Shown piece after piece: positions 48,558 to 58,721 of a DNA stretch of 64,000 nt. The stretch is taken from positions 160,001 through 224,000 of the forward strand of contig CAVSIV010000004.1 of assembly GCA_963728205.1 (NCBI GenBank), in the 5' to 3' direction. Each line of letters opens with the position of its first letter. Within the stretch, counting starts at the first letter, position 1. A program made the position numbers and the translations under genes. Origin of the DNA: an uncultured Chloroflexia bacterium (GTDB taxonomy: Bacteria; Chloroflexota; Dehalococcoidia; UBA2979). The notes under the pieces were generated by a model. It did not search any database. It saw only the letters and a list, made by a program, of their open reading frames with translations, and was not told the origin of the DNA.

Positions 48558-49631
48558 CTACTTCCTGCGCGGAATCAGCACCGTGTAGTCGAGGTCGAGC
48601 ACCACGTTCGGGTCGTAGCGCTCGCGGCCGTTGTCGTCCGTCACCTTGAACGCCTGCTCCGCGGTATTCGGGTCGCTGTTCTTCACCGCGACCAGGCGCA
48701 GCCGCAGCGCGCCGGAGTCCACGCGTCCGAGGTCGATGCGCTCGAGCACGTCGGTCCACGCGAAGAGCGTGTCGCCGGCGAACGTCGGGTTCGCGTGCGT
48801 GCCGGCGTTGAAGGCGAGGATGCGCAGCACGTTCTCGAGCCCGTTGAACGCGAGCGCGTGCGCGACCGAGATCACGTGCCCGCCGTAGACGACGCGCCGG
48901 CCGAACCGCGAGTCCTTCAGCGCGTGCGCGTTGAAGTGCGCGCGCGCCGTGTTCTGGTAGAGGCGCGCCGCCATCTGGTGCTCGGCCTCCTCGATGGCCA
49001 TGCCCTCCACGTGGTGGATGCGCTCGCCCGGCTCGTAGTCCTCCCACCACCAGCGCCCGCCGGTGACCTCGGGGTGGAAGCGCGCGAGGTCGATGCCGAC
49101 GGGCACCTTGAGATGCTCGGTCGCGACGTGGTCCGGCGTGTTCGGCACCTCGTTCGCGCCGGTCTTCGTCGACGGGTCGCGCTTGTTCATCAGCACCCAG
49201 CGCACGTAGGAGAGCACCTCCTCGTCGCGCTGGTTCGTGCCGACGGTGCGCACCCACGTGACGCCGGTGTCGCCGCCGCTCGACTCGCGCCAGCCGACGA
49301 CCGTGCTCTTCGACGTGATCGTGTCGCCCGGGAGCACCGCCGCGCCAAAGCGGACGTCGGCGTAGCCGAGGTTCGCGATGGCGTTGAGCGAAATGTCCGG
49401 GACGGTGTTGCCGAAGACGGTGTGGAAGACGAGCAGGTCGTTGATCAGCTCGCGGTGGAATCCGAGGTCGCGCGCGAACTCGGCGTTGCAGAAGAGGGGA
49501 TAGCGACTGGCGGTGAGCGCGAGGTACATCGCCGCGTCGCCGTCGGTCAGCGTGCGCGGCGTGCCGTGGAGGATCTCGCGGCCGGGGGTGAGGTCCTCGA
49601 AATAGTTGCCGGTCGTCGACTTGGTCGGCAT
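48558..49631 (-). CDS. mch: Mesaconyl-C1-CoA hydratase (double MaoC/hot-dog)
   Basis: GNYFED, TPRTLTDGD, LLVFHTVFGNTVPDISLNAIANLGY, VYGGHVIS, LDLDY. Confidence 0.88.
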   Translation of the reverse strand: MPTKSTTGNYFEDLTPGREILHGTPRTLTDGDAAMYLALTASRYPLFCNAEFARDLGFHRELINDLLVFHTVFGNTVPDISLNAIANLGYADVRFGAAVLPGDTITSKSTVVGWRESSGGDTGVTWVRTVGTNQRDEEVLSYVRWVLMNKRDPSTKTGANEVPNTPDHVATEHLKVPVGIDLARFHPEVTGGRWWWEDYEPGERIHHVEGMAIEEAEHQMAARLYQNTARAHFNAHALKDSRFGRRVVYGGHVISVAHALAFNGLENVLRILAFNAGTHANPTFAGDTLFAWTDVLERIDLGRVDSGALRLRLVAVKNSDPNTAEQAFKVTDDNGRERYDPNVVLDLDYTVLIPRRK

Positions 49632-49809
49632 GCGGTCCTCCGTGCGGGCTGGTGCGCCGGGGCGTGCGGGCGGGTCGGCCGATGGGCGCGATTGTAGGCA
49701 GGGGGCGCGATACGGGCAGGGCGCGGGTGACGCCGCCGCGCCCCAGCCGGCGCCACGGCGTCACCCGCGGGAGGGCGATAGACTGGCCGACGCAGAGCGA
49801 GGAGGACCC

Positions 49810-50041
49810 GTGGGTACGAAGCAAATCGAGGCGCTCGTCCAAATCCTGCAGGCGGAGCTGGAGAAGGGCCGCGACAACCACGTGCAGGGCACCTGGCACA
49901 TCCACTACGAGCAGGACTGGAAGGGCCAGCCCGCGAATCTCGTTCAACAAGTGCGAGAGCGAGGTCTACTGCGAGGAGCGTCCCACGGTGTTCGCGCTCG
50001 ACGGCTCGGTGCTCGACCCCGGAGGGCCGCTGTTCGGGTAG
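49810..50041 (+). CDS. Small hypothetical protein (one apparent frameshift near 49935)
   Basis: GAGGAGG RBS before GTG; joined frames give ...GTWHIHYE...SFNKCESEVYCEERP. Confidence 0.55.
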
Positions 50042-50295
50042 CTGGTTCCGAGGCAAGCAGGACAAGCAGGCGACGTCAGGCCGCTGTCTCCGGCCGGCCG
50101 CGCTGACGGGCGGCAAGGACGCGCCCGGGCGGCACCTCACCGGGCGCCCTCGCCCCGCGGTCTGCGGAGAAACGCTGCGGTGTGCGGCGTCGGAAACAGC
50201 GGGCCGACGTCCGCAGCCCGCCCCTGGGGCATAGCCGCCCCGGCCCGCGGGCGCGTATCTTCCGCGCCTGACAACTGCACCGGGAAGGACGCCTC

Positions 50296-50712
50296 GTGAC
50301 CGCTCCGATTCGCTTCAAGCACTACACCGTCGCCGTCCACGACCTCGACGAGTCCGTGGCCAACTACCAGTCGCGCTTCGGCATGCAGCCGATCGGCGAG
50401 CGCGCGTTCAACGGCATCGGCAAGTTCGACTTCCAGCCGATGGGCTACGACGGCACCGTCATGCTCCACCTGATCCAGCCGCAGACCGACGAGAGCCCGA
50501 TCGCGAAGCTGATGAGCGAGCGCGTAAACCCGTTCAACCCGCATGGCGAGGGCATCTACCTGCTCGCGTACGACTGCGACGACGTCGAGGCCTTCTGCAA
50601 GCAGATCGAGGCGGGCGGCGGCCGCGTGAACCGCGCGCCGAACACGACGAACGCGTGGGTCCACCCGACGGCGTCGAACTTCGTGTTAATGGAGCTCTTC
50701 CAGGCGAAGTAG
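50296..50712 (+). CDS. VOC/glyoxalase family protein (methylmalonyl-CoA epimerase-like fold)
   Basis: HYTVAVHDLD, LIQP, GEGIYLLAY, WVHP...VLMEL. Confidence 0.8.
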   Translation: MTAPIRFKHYTVAVHDLDESVANYQSRFGMQPIGERAFNGIGKFDFQPMGYDGTVMLHLIQPQTDESPIAKLMSERVNPFNPHGEGIYLLAYDCDDVEAFCKQIEAGGGRVNRAPNTTNAWVHPTASNFVLMELFQAK

Positions 50713-50750
50713 CCACCGCGCGCGTCCCGCGCGCGAGAGCGAGCGCGTCG

Positions 50751-51092
50751 ATGGTGATCACGGTGTTCCGCTCGCGGTTGCGGCCGGAGGCGGTCGCGGA
50801 GTACGCGCCGCACGCGGAGGCAATCGAGCGGCTGGCCCGCGCGACGCCGGGCTTCCGCTCCATCAAGACGTTCACCGCGGACGACGGGGAGCGCGTGTCA
50901 ATCGTGGAGTTCGAGTCGCTGGAGGCGGTTGACGCGTGGCGCCGCCACCCGGAGCACGTCGAGGCGCAGCGCGTCGGTCGCGAGCGGTACTACCTGGAAT
51001 ACGAGATCCACACGGCGGAACCGGTGCGCTCGCACCGGTTCCAGGCCGCCGATGGCGCACCGCGGGCGCCCCACGGCGAGCGGCGAGCGTAG
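50751..51092 (+). CDS. Antibiotic biosynthesis monooxygenase (ABM) family protein
   Basis: VFRSRL, PGFRSIK, EFESLEAVDAWRRHPEH..AQ..GR..YY. Confidence 0.85.
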   Translation: MVITVFRSRLRPEAVAEYAPHAEAIERLARATPGFRSIKTFTADDGERVSIVEFESLEAVDAWRRHPEHVEAQRVGRERYYLEYEIHTAEPVRSHRFQAADGAPRAPHGERRA

Positions 51093-51199
51093 CGCCCGCT
51101 GCCGGCATCCCCGGCCATGCACCGCCACGGCAGGTGGAGAGAGGGCTCCGCACCGACGCACGCGACCGCGACCGCGACCGCGACCGCGACCGGCGGGCG

Positions 51200-52600
51200 C
51201 TACGCCCGGTGCTCGCCTGCAAGCGCGTCGGACGCCTTGCGCGCGGCGACCAGCACCGGGTCCCACACGCCGGAGAACGGCGGCGCGTAGGAGAGGTCGA
51301 CGTTGACCATCGCCTCCACCGTCATCTCGTTCCACAGCGCCATCGCCACCGCGTCGATGCGCTTGCCGGCACCGTCGCCGCCGACGATCTGCGCGCCGAG
51401 CAGGCGGTGGGTGCGGCGGTCGGCGACGACCTTCATCGTCATCGGCTCGGCGTCGGGCCAGTAGCCGGCCGTCGTCGTCGAGTCGAAGGTCGGCGCCACG
51501 ACGTCGAAGCCGGCGTCGCGGGCGGCGGCCTCGGTGAGGCCGGTGCGGGCAACCTCCGTGCCGCACACCTTCGTGATCGCGGTGCCGAGCACCCCGGGGA
51601 ACGCCTCATCGCCGCCGCCGATGTTGATGCCAGCGATGCGCCCTTGCTTGTTCGCGATCGTTCCGAGGTGGAAGTTCACCGGCCGGCCGGAGACGCGATG
51701 CGTGGCCTCGACGCAGTCGCCCGCCGCCCATACGCCGGGCACGCGGGTGCGCATGCGATCGTCGACCCGGACGGCGCCGCTCTCGCCGAGCGGGATGCCG
51801 GCCGCGCGCGCGAGGTCGACGACGGGCTGGCTCCCGAGTCCCAGCACGACGACGTCGGCCGGCAGCACGTGGCCCTCATCTCCGTCGCCGGCCGGCTCGT
51901 CGCAGCAGCGCACGCCGGCGACGCGACCGTTGCGCCCTTCGATGCGACGCACCTCCTGGCCCGTGTGCACCGTGATGCCGAGCTCGCGCATCGCCGTGAT
52001 GACGCGGTCGCCCACGTCGGGGTCGAGCTGCGGGATCAGCACGGACGGCCCCGCCGTGACGACCGTGACCGCGAGCCCCTCGTTGAGGAAGGCCTCGGCC
52101 ATCTCCAGGCCGATGTAGCCGCCGCCGACCACGACGGCGCGCTCCGGCCGCGTCTCCACGATGCGCCGCACCGCGAGCGCGTCGTCGAGCGTGTGCATCT
52201 GATGCACGCCGCCGAGGTCGGCTCCGGCGATGTCGGGGCGGTTCGGCGTCGAGCCGGTCGCGTAGAGGAGGATGTCGTACTCGGCCTCGAAGGAGCGCCC
52301 GGCATCGATGTCGCGGACGGTGACGCGCCGCTGCGTAGTGTCGACGGCGGTGACCTCGTGGCGCAGGTGCGCGGCGATGCCCCGGCGGGCGAACTCGGCC
52401 GGCGTGCGGGCGAGCAGGTCGTCGATGCGCGGAACGTATCCGCCGACGAAGTACGGTTCGCCGCACGCGGCGTACGAGACGTACGACGAGCGCTCGTAGA
52501 CCTCGATCTCCAGGTCGCCCGGCGCGCGCATGCGTCGCGCCTGGCTCGCGGCGGACATCCCCGCGGCGTCGCCGCCGATCACCACGAGTCGCTCGGGCAT
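51200..52600 (-). CDS. CoA-disulfide reductase / NADH oxidase-like flavoprotein
   Basis: GGDAAGMSAA, SYAACG, GGGYIGLE, YAPPFS. Confidence 0.9.
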   Translation of the reverse strand: MPERLVVIGGDAAGMSAASQARRMRAPGDLEIEVYERSSYVSYAACGEPYFVGGYVPRIDDLLARTPAEFARRGIAAHLRHEVTAVDTTQRRVTVRDIDAGRSFEAEYDILLYATGSTPNRPDIAGADLGGVHQMHTLDDALAVRRIVETRPERAVVVGGGYIGLEMAEAFLNEGLAVTVVTAGPSVLIPQLDPDVGDRVITAMRELGITVHTGQEVRRIEGRNGRVAGVRCCDEPAGDGDEGHVLPADVVVLGLGSQPVVDLARAAGIPLGESGAVRVDDRMRTRVPGVWAAGDCVEATHRVSGRPVNFHLGTIANKQGRIAGINIGGGDEAFPGVLGTAITKVCGTEVARTGLTEAAARDAGFDVVAPTFDSTTTAGYWPDAEPMTMKVVADRRTHRLLGAQIVGGDGAGKRIDAVAMALWNEMTVEAMVNVDLSYAPPFSGVWDPVLVAARKASDALAGEHRA

Positions 52601-52631
52601 CGGTCGCTCCTTGCTCGCCGCGGGGGCGAAT

Positions 52632-53504
52632 CTAGACGCGCAGCATCCGTGCCTGCTCGCCGGCGTGGTAGGAGGAGCGCACCAGCGGCCCCGACTCCAC
52701 GTGGCGGAACCCGAGCCGCCGGCCGACCTCGGCGAGGTGGGCGAACTCGTCCGGGTGGACGAAGCGCGCGACGGGCAGGTGCTTCGGGCTCGGCCGCAGG
52801 TACTGGCCGATCGTGAGGAGGTCGACGTCCTGCTCCCGCAGGTCGGCCATCACCTGCTCGACCTCGGCGATGGACTCGCCGAGCCCGACCATGACGCCGG
52901 TCTTCGTCGTCATCCCCGGGTCGATCTCCTTTACGCGGCGCAGCAGCTCGAGCGTCCGCTCGTAGCGGCCCTTCGGGCGCGCGACGCGGTAGAGGCGAGG
53001 GACGGTCTCCGTGTTGTGGTTGAGGACGGCGGGGCCGGCCTCGACCACGGTGCGCAGTGCGTCCCAGTTCCCCACGAAGTCGGGGATGAGGACCTCGACC
53101 CCGCAATCCTGCCGGAGGTGGTGGATGGCGCGGATGCAGGCGGCGAAGATGCTTGCGCCGCCGTCGGGGACGTCGTCGCGGTTGACGGAGGTGATCACGG
53201 CGTAGTCGAGGCCGAGCGCGTCGACGGTGCGGGCGAGGCGCACCGGCTCGAGCAGGTCGAGGGCGCCGGGGCGGCCGGAGGTCACGGCGCAGAAGCCGCA
53301 GGCGCGGGTGCAGGTATCGCCGAGGATCATGAAGGTCGCGGTGCCGGCGTTGAAGCACTCGCCGATGTTCGGGCAGCGCGCCTCCTCGCAGACCGTGTGC
53401 AGCTCCTGCTCGCGGAGGAGGTTCTTGATCTGGCCGTAGCGTTCGCCGCCCGGGAAGCGGACGCGGAACCAGTCCGGCTTGCGCGCGCCGGGCTCGACGG
53501 TCAT
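52632..53504 (-). CDS. lipA: Lipoyl synthase
   Basis: CEEARCPNIGEC, CTRACGFC, RSSYHA. Confidence 0.97.
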   Translation of the reverse strand: MTVEPGARKPDWFRVRFPGGERYGQIKNLLREQELHTVCEEARCPNIGECFNAGTATFMILGDTCTRACGFCAVTSGRPGALDLLEPVRLARTVDALGLDYAVITSVNRDDVPDGGASIFAACIRAIHHLRQDCGVEVLIPDFVGNWDALRTVVEAGPAVLNHNTETVPRLYRVARPKGRYERTLELLRRVKEIDPGMTTKTGVMVGLGESIAEVEQVMADLREQDVDLLTIGQYLRPSPKHLPVARFVHPDEFAHLAEVGRRLGFRHVESGPLVRSSYHAGEQARMLRV

Positions 53505-54238
53505 GCCGTCACCTCCTGCTCCGTGAGCGGCGAGGGGTCGACGACCGCGAGGCTCGCGTCGAAGACGCGGGCGAAGGCCGTGCGGAACGCGTCGACGACG
53601 GCGTCAAAGGGCGGCGCCGCGCCGAGGACATGCGCCATCGACGTCACGCCGGCGTCGGCGATGCCGCACGGAACGATGGCGTCGAACCAGGCGAGATCGG
53701 TGTCGACGTTGAGTGCGAGGCCGTGCCGGCTGACGCCGCGCGCGATGCGCACGCCGATGGCCGCGATCTTGCTCGGTGCGGCGCTCACGCCGGTGCCGGC
53801 GGCGACCCAGACCCCGGGGCGACCCGGGACGCGCCCACCGGCGACGCCAAACGCCGCGAGCGTCGCGATCACGCACGCCTCGAGCGCGCGGACGTACTCG
53901 ACCGCGTGCAGGCCGCGGCGATGGAGGTCGAGGATAGGGTACGCGACGAGCTGACCGGGGCCGTGGAAGGTGATGTCGCCACCGCGGTCGGTCTCGACCA
54001 GGCGGGCGCCGCGCGCGGTGAGCGCATCGCCGGGGGCGAGCAGGTTCGTCCAGCCGCCGCGCGCGCCCATCGTATAGACGGGCGTGTGCTGAAGCAGCGC
54101 CAGCGACTCCAGCGCGTCGCTGTCCTCGCGCTGCGCCCGCACGGCATCGGCCGCGGCATGCTGCCACCGGAGCGCACGGTCGTAGTCGACGCCGTCGGCG
54201 CGGAGCACTGAGACCCGCGACGGTTCGCGATTCGCCAT
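53501..54238 (-). CDS. lipB: Octanoyltransferase
   Basis: HTPVYTMG, RGGDITFHGPGQ, KIAAIG, IVPCGI. Confidence 0.95.
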   Translation of the reverse strand: MANREPSRVSVLRADGVDYDRALRWQHAAADAVRAQREDSDALESLALLQHTPVYTMGARGGWTNLLAPGDALTARGARLVETDRGGDITFHGPGQLVAYPILDLHRRGLHAVEYVRALEACVIATLAAFGVAGGRVPGRPGVWVAAGTGVSAAPSKIAAIGVRIARGVSRHGLALNVDTDLAWFDAIVPCGIADAGVTSMAHVLGAAPPFDAVVDAFRTAFARVFDASLAVVDPSPLTEQEVTA

Positions 54239-54402
54239 CGTCGGATCAGTCTATTCCGGCGCCGCCGCGCCGGCCCGGGCCGAAGGTCGGGGTGCGCCCG
54301 GAGTTCGTCCACTCCCTCCGGGTCGATCGGTGATCTAGGCTGGATCGTGGCGCCCGGCAGGCGCGCCCACCGCGACCGCGGCGCAGCAGGACCGGAGCCA
54401 GC

Positions 54403-57133
54403 ATGAGCACGGACGCGCGAACGCGAGCGGATGCGCACGGCCCGACGCCAGACGGCGCCGGCGCGCAGGACTGGATCGAGACGCAGGACTGGGTCGACTC
54501 GCTCCGCGACGTCGTCCGCGCCGCCGGGCCGGAGCGCGCCAGCCGCCTGCTGCAGTCGCTCCAGATCGAGGCGCAGCGCTACGGCGTGCCGCTCCCGGTC
54601 ACGTCCACCACGCCTTATGTCAACACGATCCCACCCGAGCACGAGGTCCCCTACCCGGGCGACCGCCAGCTCGAGCGGCGCATCAAGAGCATCATCCGCT
54701 GGAACGCGATGGCGATGGTCGTCGAGGCCAACCAGAAGTCGCACGGCATCGGCGGGCACATCTCGACCTACGCGTCGTCGGCCACGCTGCTCGAGGTCGG
54801 CTTCAACCACTTCTTCCGCGGCCCAAACCACCCCGACGGTCCCGACCTCATCTACTTCCAGGGCCACGGCTCACCGGGGATCTACGCGCGGGCGTACCTC
54901 GAGGGCCGGCTGACGCCCAAGGCAGCTCCACAACTTCCGCCGCGAGTTCGCCGCCGACGGCGGGCTCTCCTCCTACCCGCACCCGTGGCTGTTCCCCGAC
55001 TTCTGGCAGTTCCCGACCGTCTCGATGGGGCTCGGCCCACTGATGTCGATCTACCAGGCGCGGTTCATGCGCTACCTCGAGCACCGCGGCCTCAAGCCCC
55101 ACACCGATCAGCGCGTGTGGACGTTCCTCGGCGACGGGGAGACCGACGAACCCGAGACCCTCGGCGCGATCTCGCTCGCCGCGCGCGAGCACCTCGACAA
55201 CCTGGTGTGGGTCGTGAACTGCAACCTCCAGCGACTCGACGGCCCGGTGCGCGGCAACGGGAAGATCGTGCAGGAGCTCGAGGCCGTATTCCGCGGCGTC
55301 GGCTGGAACGTGATCAAGGTGCTCTGGGGCCAGGAGTGGGACGAGCTGCTCGCCCGCGACGACGACGGCCTGCTCGTGCGTCGCATGGGCGAGGTCGTGG
55401 ATGGCGAGTACCAGAAGTACAGCGTCGCCGGCGGCGCCTACATCCGCGAGCACTTCTGGGGCGTCGACCCGCGCCTGCAGCGGATGGTGTCGCACCTCAC
55501 GGACGACCAGCTCTGGCGCATGCGCCTCGGCGGCCATGACCCGGTGAAGGTCTACCAGGCGTACCGCGGCGCGATGGAACACCGCGGCGGCCCCACGGTG
55601 ATCCTCGCGCGCACCATCAAGGGCTACGGCCTGGGCGAGGCCGGCGAGGGCAAGAACATCACCCACCAGCAGAAGACGCTCAACGAGAACGAGCTGCTGC
55701 AGTTCCGCGACCGCTTCGACATCCCGCTGTCGGACGAGGAGGTCGTGGGCGCGCCGCTCTACCGTCCCGCGCCGAACAGCCCCGAGGCGGCCTATCTGCA
55801 GGAGCGCCGGCGCGCGCTCGGCGGCTACGTCCCGCAGCGCGTGCAGCGGCCGAGCCCGCTGCGCGCCCCCGCGCCCGACATCTTCGCGGAGTTCGCCGAG
55901 GGCAGCGCCGGCCGCGAGGCGTCGACCACGATGGTGCTCGTGCGCATGATCGCATCGCTGCTGCGCGACCCGGCGCTCGGCAAGTGCATCGTCCCGATCA
56001 TCCCCGACGAGGCCCGCACCTTCGGCATGGAGGCGCTCTTCCGCAGCGCCGGCATCTACGCCGCCGGCGGCCAGCTCTACGAGCCCGTCGACGCGGGCAG
56101 CCTGCTCTACTACAAGGAGTCGACCGAGGGGCAGATCCTCGAGGAGGGCATCACCGAGGCGGGCGGCACGTCCTCGTTCATCGCCGCCGGCACGGCGCTC
56201 GCCAACTACGGCGTCGCGACGATCCCGTTCTTCATCTTCTACTCGATGTTCGGGATGCAGCGCGTGGGCGACCTCGTGTGGGCGGCCGGCGATTCGCGCA
56301 CGCGCGGGTTCTTCGTCGGCGGCACCTCGGGCCGCACGACCCTGAACGGCGAGGGCCTGCAGCACCAGGACGGCCACAGCCACCTCTTCGCCTCGGCGGT
56401 CCCGAACCTCGTGTCCTACGAGCCGGCCTACGCCTACGAGATCGCCGAGATCATCCGGCACGGCATCGAGCGCATGCATGACCACGACGAGGACGTCTTC
56501 TTCTATCTCACCGTGCACAACGAGAACTACGCGCACCCGGCGATGCCGGGCGACGACGACGCCGCGCGCGACGCGGTGCGCGCCGGCATCATCCGCGGCA
56601 TGTACCGCTTCCGCGCCGCCGAGGGCGGCGAGAGCGGCCCGCGCGCGCAGCTGCTCGCCAGCGGCGTGCTCGTGAACGAGGCGCTGCGCGCGCAGCAGCT
56701 GCTCGCCGACGACTTCGGCGTCGCCGCCGACGTCTGGTCGGTGACGAGCTGGACGGAGCTGCGACGCGATGCGCTCGAGGCCGAGCGCTGGAACCGGCTC
56801 CACCCCGGCGAGGAGCCGCACGTGCCGTACGCCGCGCAGTGCCTCGATGGCCGGCCGGGCGTGGTGGTGGGCGTGTCCGACTACGTGAAGTCGCTGCCGG
56901 ACGGCATCGCGAAGTGGGTGGAGGCGCCGTTCGTCGCGCTGGGCACCGACGGCTTCGGCCGCAGCGCCACGCGCGAGGAGCTGCGGCGGTTCTTCGAGGT
57001 CGACGCCGAGCACATCGCGGTCGCGACGCTGTCGGCGCTGGCCGGCGACGAGCAGGTGGCGGCGAGCGTGGTACGCACGGCGATCGAGCGGTACGGCATC
57101 GACCCGGAGGCGCCGAACCCGGCGACGCACTAG
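54403..57133 (+). CDS. aceE: Pyruvate dehydrogenase E1 (homodimeric AceE), one frameshift near 54920
   Basis: GGHISTYAS, YFQGH, SSYPHPW, GDGETDEPE, NCNLQRLDGPVRGNGK, DGFGRS. Confidence 0.95.
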
Positions 57134-57151
57134 CCCGGGGGCCGCAGCGGT

Positions 57152-57222
57152 CCGCGGCGAACGGCCCCGCGTGAGCGGGCTGAGGGGCGACACGGACCAA
57201 GCAGCCCGCACGGGTCACGCGG
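57152..57222. repeat. REP family 3 copy
   Basis: GCCCCGCGTGAGCGGGCTGAG 57164-57184 shared with 32814-32990. Confidence 0.55.
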
Positions 57223-57274
57223 AGCGAGGGCGACGGTCGAGCGGCGACAAGAACGCAACGGAACGCGAGGCGCT

Positions 57275-58717
57275 ATGGCGACCGAGTTCAAGCTCCCCGA
57301 CCTGGGCGAGGGCGTCGAAGACGCGGACGTCCTCCGCGTGCTCGTCTCCGAGGGCCAGGACGTCACGCTCGAGCAGTCGGTGATCGAGATCGAGACCGAG
57401 AAGGCCACGGTCGAGGTGCCGTCGAGCGTCGCCGGCAAGGTGACGCGCGTGCTCGTGCACGAGGGCGACACGATCAAGCCCGGGCAGCTGATCCTGCTCG
57501 TCGACGCCGTCGGCGCGGCGCCGCCGCCGGCGGCTCCCGGCGGCGCCCCACCCGCCGCCGAGCCGGCCGCCGCCGCCGCAACGCCTCCGCCCGCGGCCCC
57601 GCCCACCGCCACGGCCGCCGCGCCCTCGCCACCGCCGCCCGCCGAGCCCGCGGCCACGCCGGCCCCGCCGCCCGCCGAAGGCGCGCCTTCCGCCCAGCCC
57701 ACGGCCCCGCCACCCGCCGCCGAGGCGGCGGCCGCGCGGCCGGCGACCCAGCCGGCCCCGCCACCGCCGCCGCCGCCGCCGGGCGACCGCCCCGTCTTCG
57801 CCGCGCCCTCCCTGCGCAAGTTCGCCCGGGAGATCGGCGTCGACCTCGCCGACGTCATCGGCACGGGCCCCGGCGGCCGCATCTCCGAGGACGACGTGAA
57901 GCGCCAGTCGCGCGCGCTGCGCGCCGCGCCGGCGGCCCCGGCCCCCGACTCCCAGGCGCGCCCCGCAGCCGGCGCCGTCGTCCCGCCGCCCCCGCTCCCC
58001 GACTTCTCCCAGTGGGGCGAGATCGAGCGCGAGCCGCTCACGCGCCTGCGCCGCACCGTCGCGCGCAACATGGCGACGTCGTGGTCGCACATTCCCCACG
58101 TCACGCTGCAGCACTGGGCCGACATCACGGCCATCGAGGAGATGCGCCAGCAGTACAAGGAGCGCGCCCGCCAGGCCGGCGGCAACCTCACAATCAGCGT
58201 GGTGATGCTGAAGATCGCCGCCGCCGCGCTGCGCGCGCACCCGAAGTTCAACGCCAGCCTCGACCTCGATGCCAACGAGCTGATCCTGAAGCGCTACTAC
58301 CACATCGGCGTCGCCGTCGACACCGACCGCGGGCTCGTCGTCCCCGTCATCCGCGACGTCGATCAGAAGAACATCATCGAGCTGTCCGTCGAGCTCGCCG
58401 CGATCTCGGAGCGCGCACGCAAGAACGAGCTCGGCCTCGAGGAGATGCGCGGCGCCAGCTTCACCGTGACGAACCTCGGCAGCCTCGGCACCGGGTTCTT
58501 CTCGCCGATCATCAACCACCCCGAGGTCGCCGTGCTCGGCCTCGGCCGCGCCGAGCGCCGCCAGGTGTGGCAGGACGGGGCGTGGGTGCCGCGGCTGCTG
58601 ATGCCCCTGTCGGTCGTCTTCGACCACCGCGTGATCGACGGCGCGGACGGCGCGCGCTTCGCGAGCTGGCTCGTGGACGCCGTCGACAACCCGCTCTTGC
58701 TCGCGCTGGAAGGCTAG
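57275..58717 (+). CDS. aceF: Dihydrolipoamide acetyltransferase E2
   Basis: Lipoyl ETEKA, Pro/Ala linker, GTGPGGRI, DHRVIDG. Confidence 0.95.
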   Translation: MATEFKLPDLGEGVEDADVLRVLVSEGQDVTLEQSVIEIETEKATVEVPSSVAGKVTRVLVHEGDTIKPGQLILLVDAVGAAPPPAAPGGAPPAAEPAAAAATPPPAAPPTATAAAPSPPPPAEPAATPAPPPAEGAPSAQPTAPPPAAEAAAARPATQPAPPPPPPPPGDRPVFAAPSLRKFAREIGVDLADVIGTGPGGRISEDDVKRQSRALRAAPAAPAPDSQARPAAGAVVPPPPLPDFSQWGEIEREPLTRLRRTVARNMATSWSHIPHVTLQHWADITAIEEMRQQYKERARQAGGNLTISVVMLKIAAAALRAHPKFNASLDLDANELILKRYYHIGVAVDTDRGLVVPVIRDVDQKNIIELSVELAAISERARKNELGLEEMRGASFTVTNLGSLGTGFFSPIINHPEVAVLGLGRAERRQVWQDGAWVPRLLMPLSVVFDHRVIDGADGARFASWLVDAVDNPLLLALEG

Positions 58718-58721
58718 GCCG

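Noticed and set aside
51161-51191. (CGCGAC)5 microsatellite as a phase-variation tract
   Set aside because: Lies between convergent gene ends, not in a promoter or CDS
54900-54960. Programmed ribosomal frameshift in aceE
   Set aside because: No slippery heptamer, and similar indels affect many neighbouring genes
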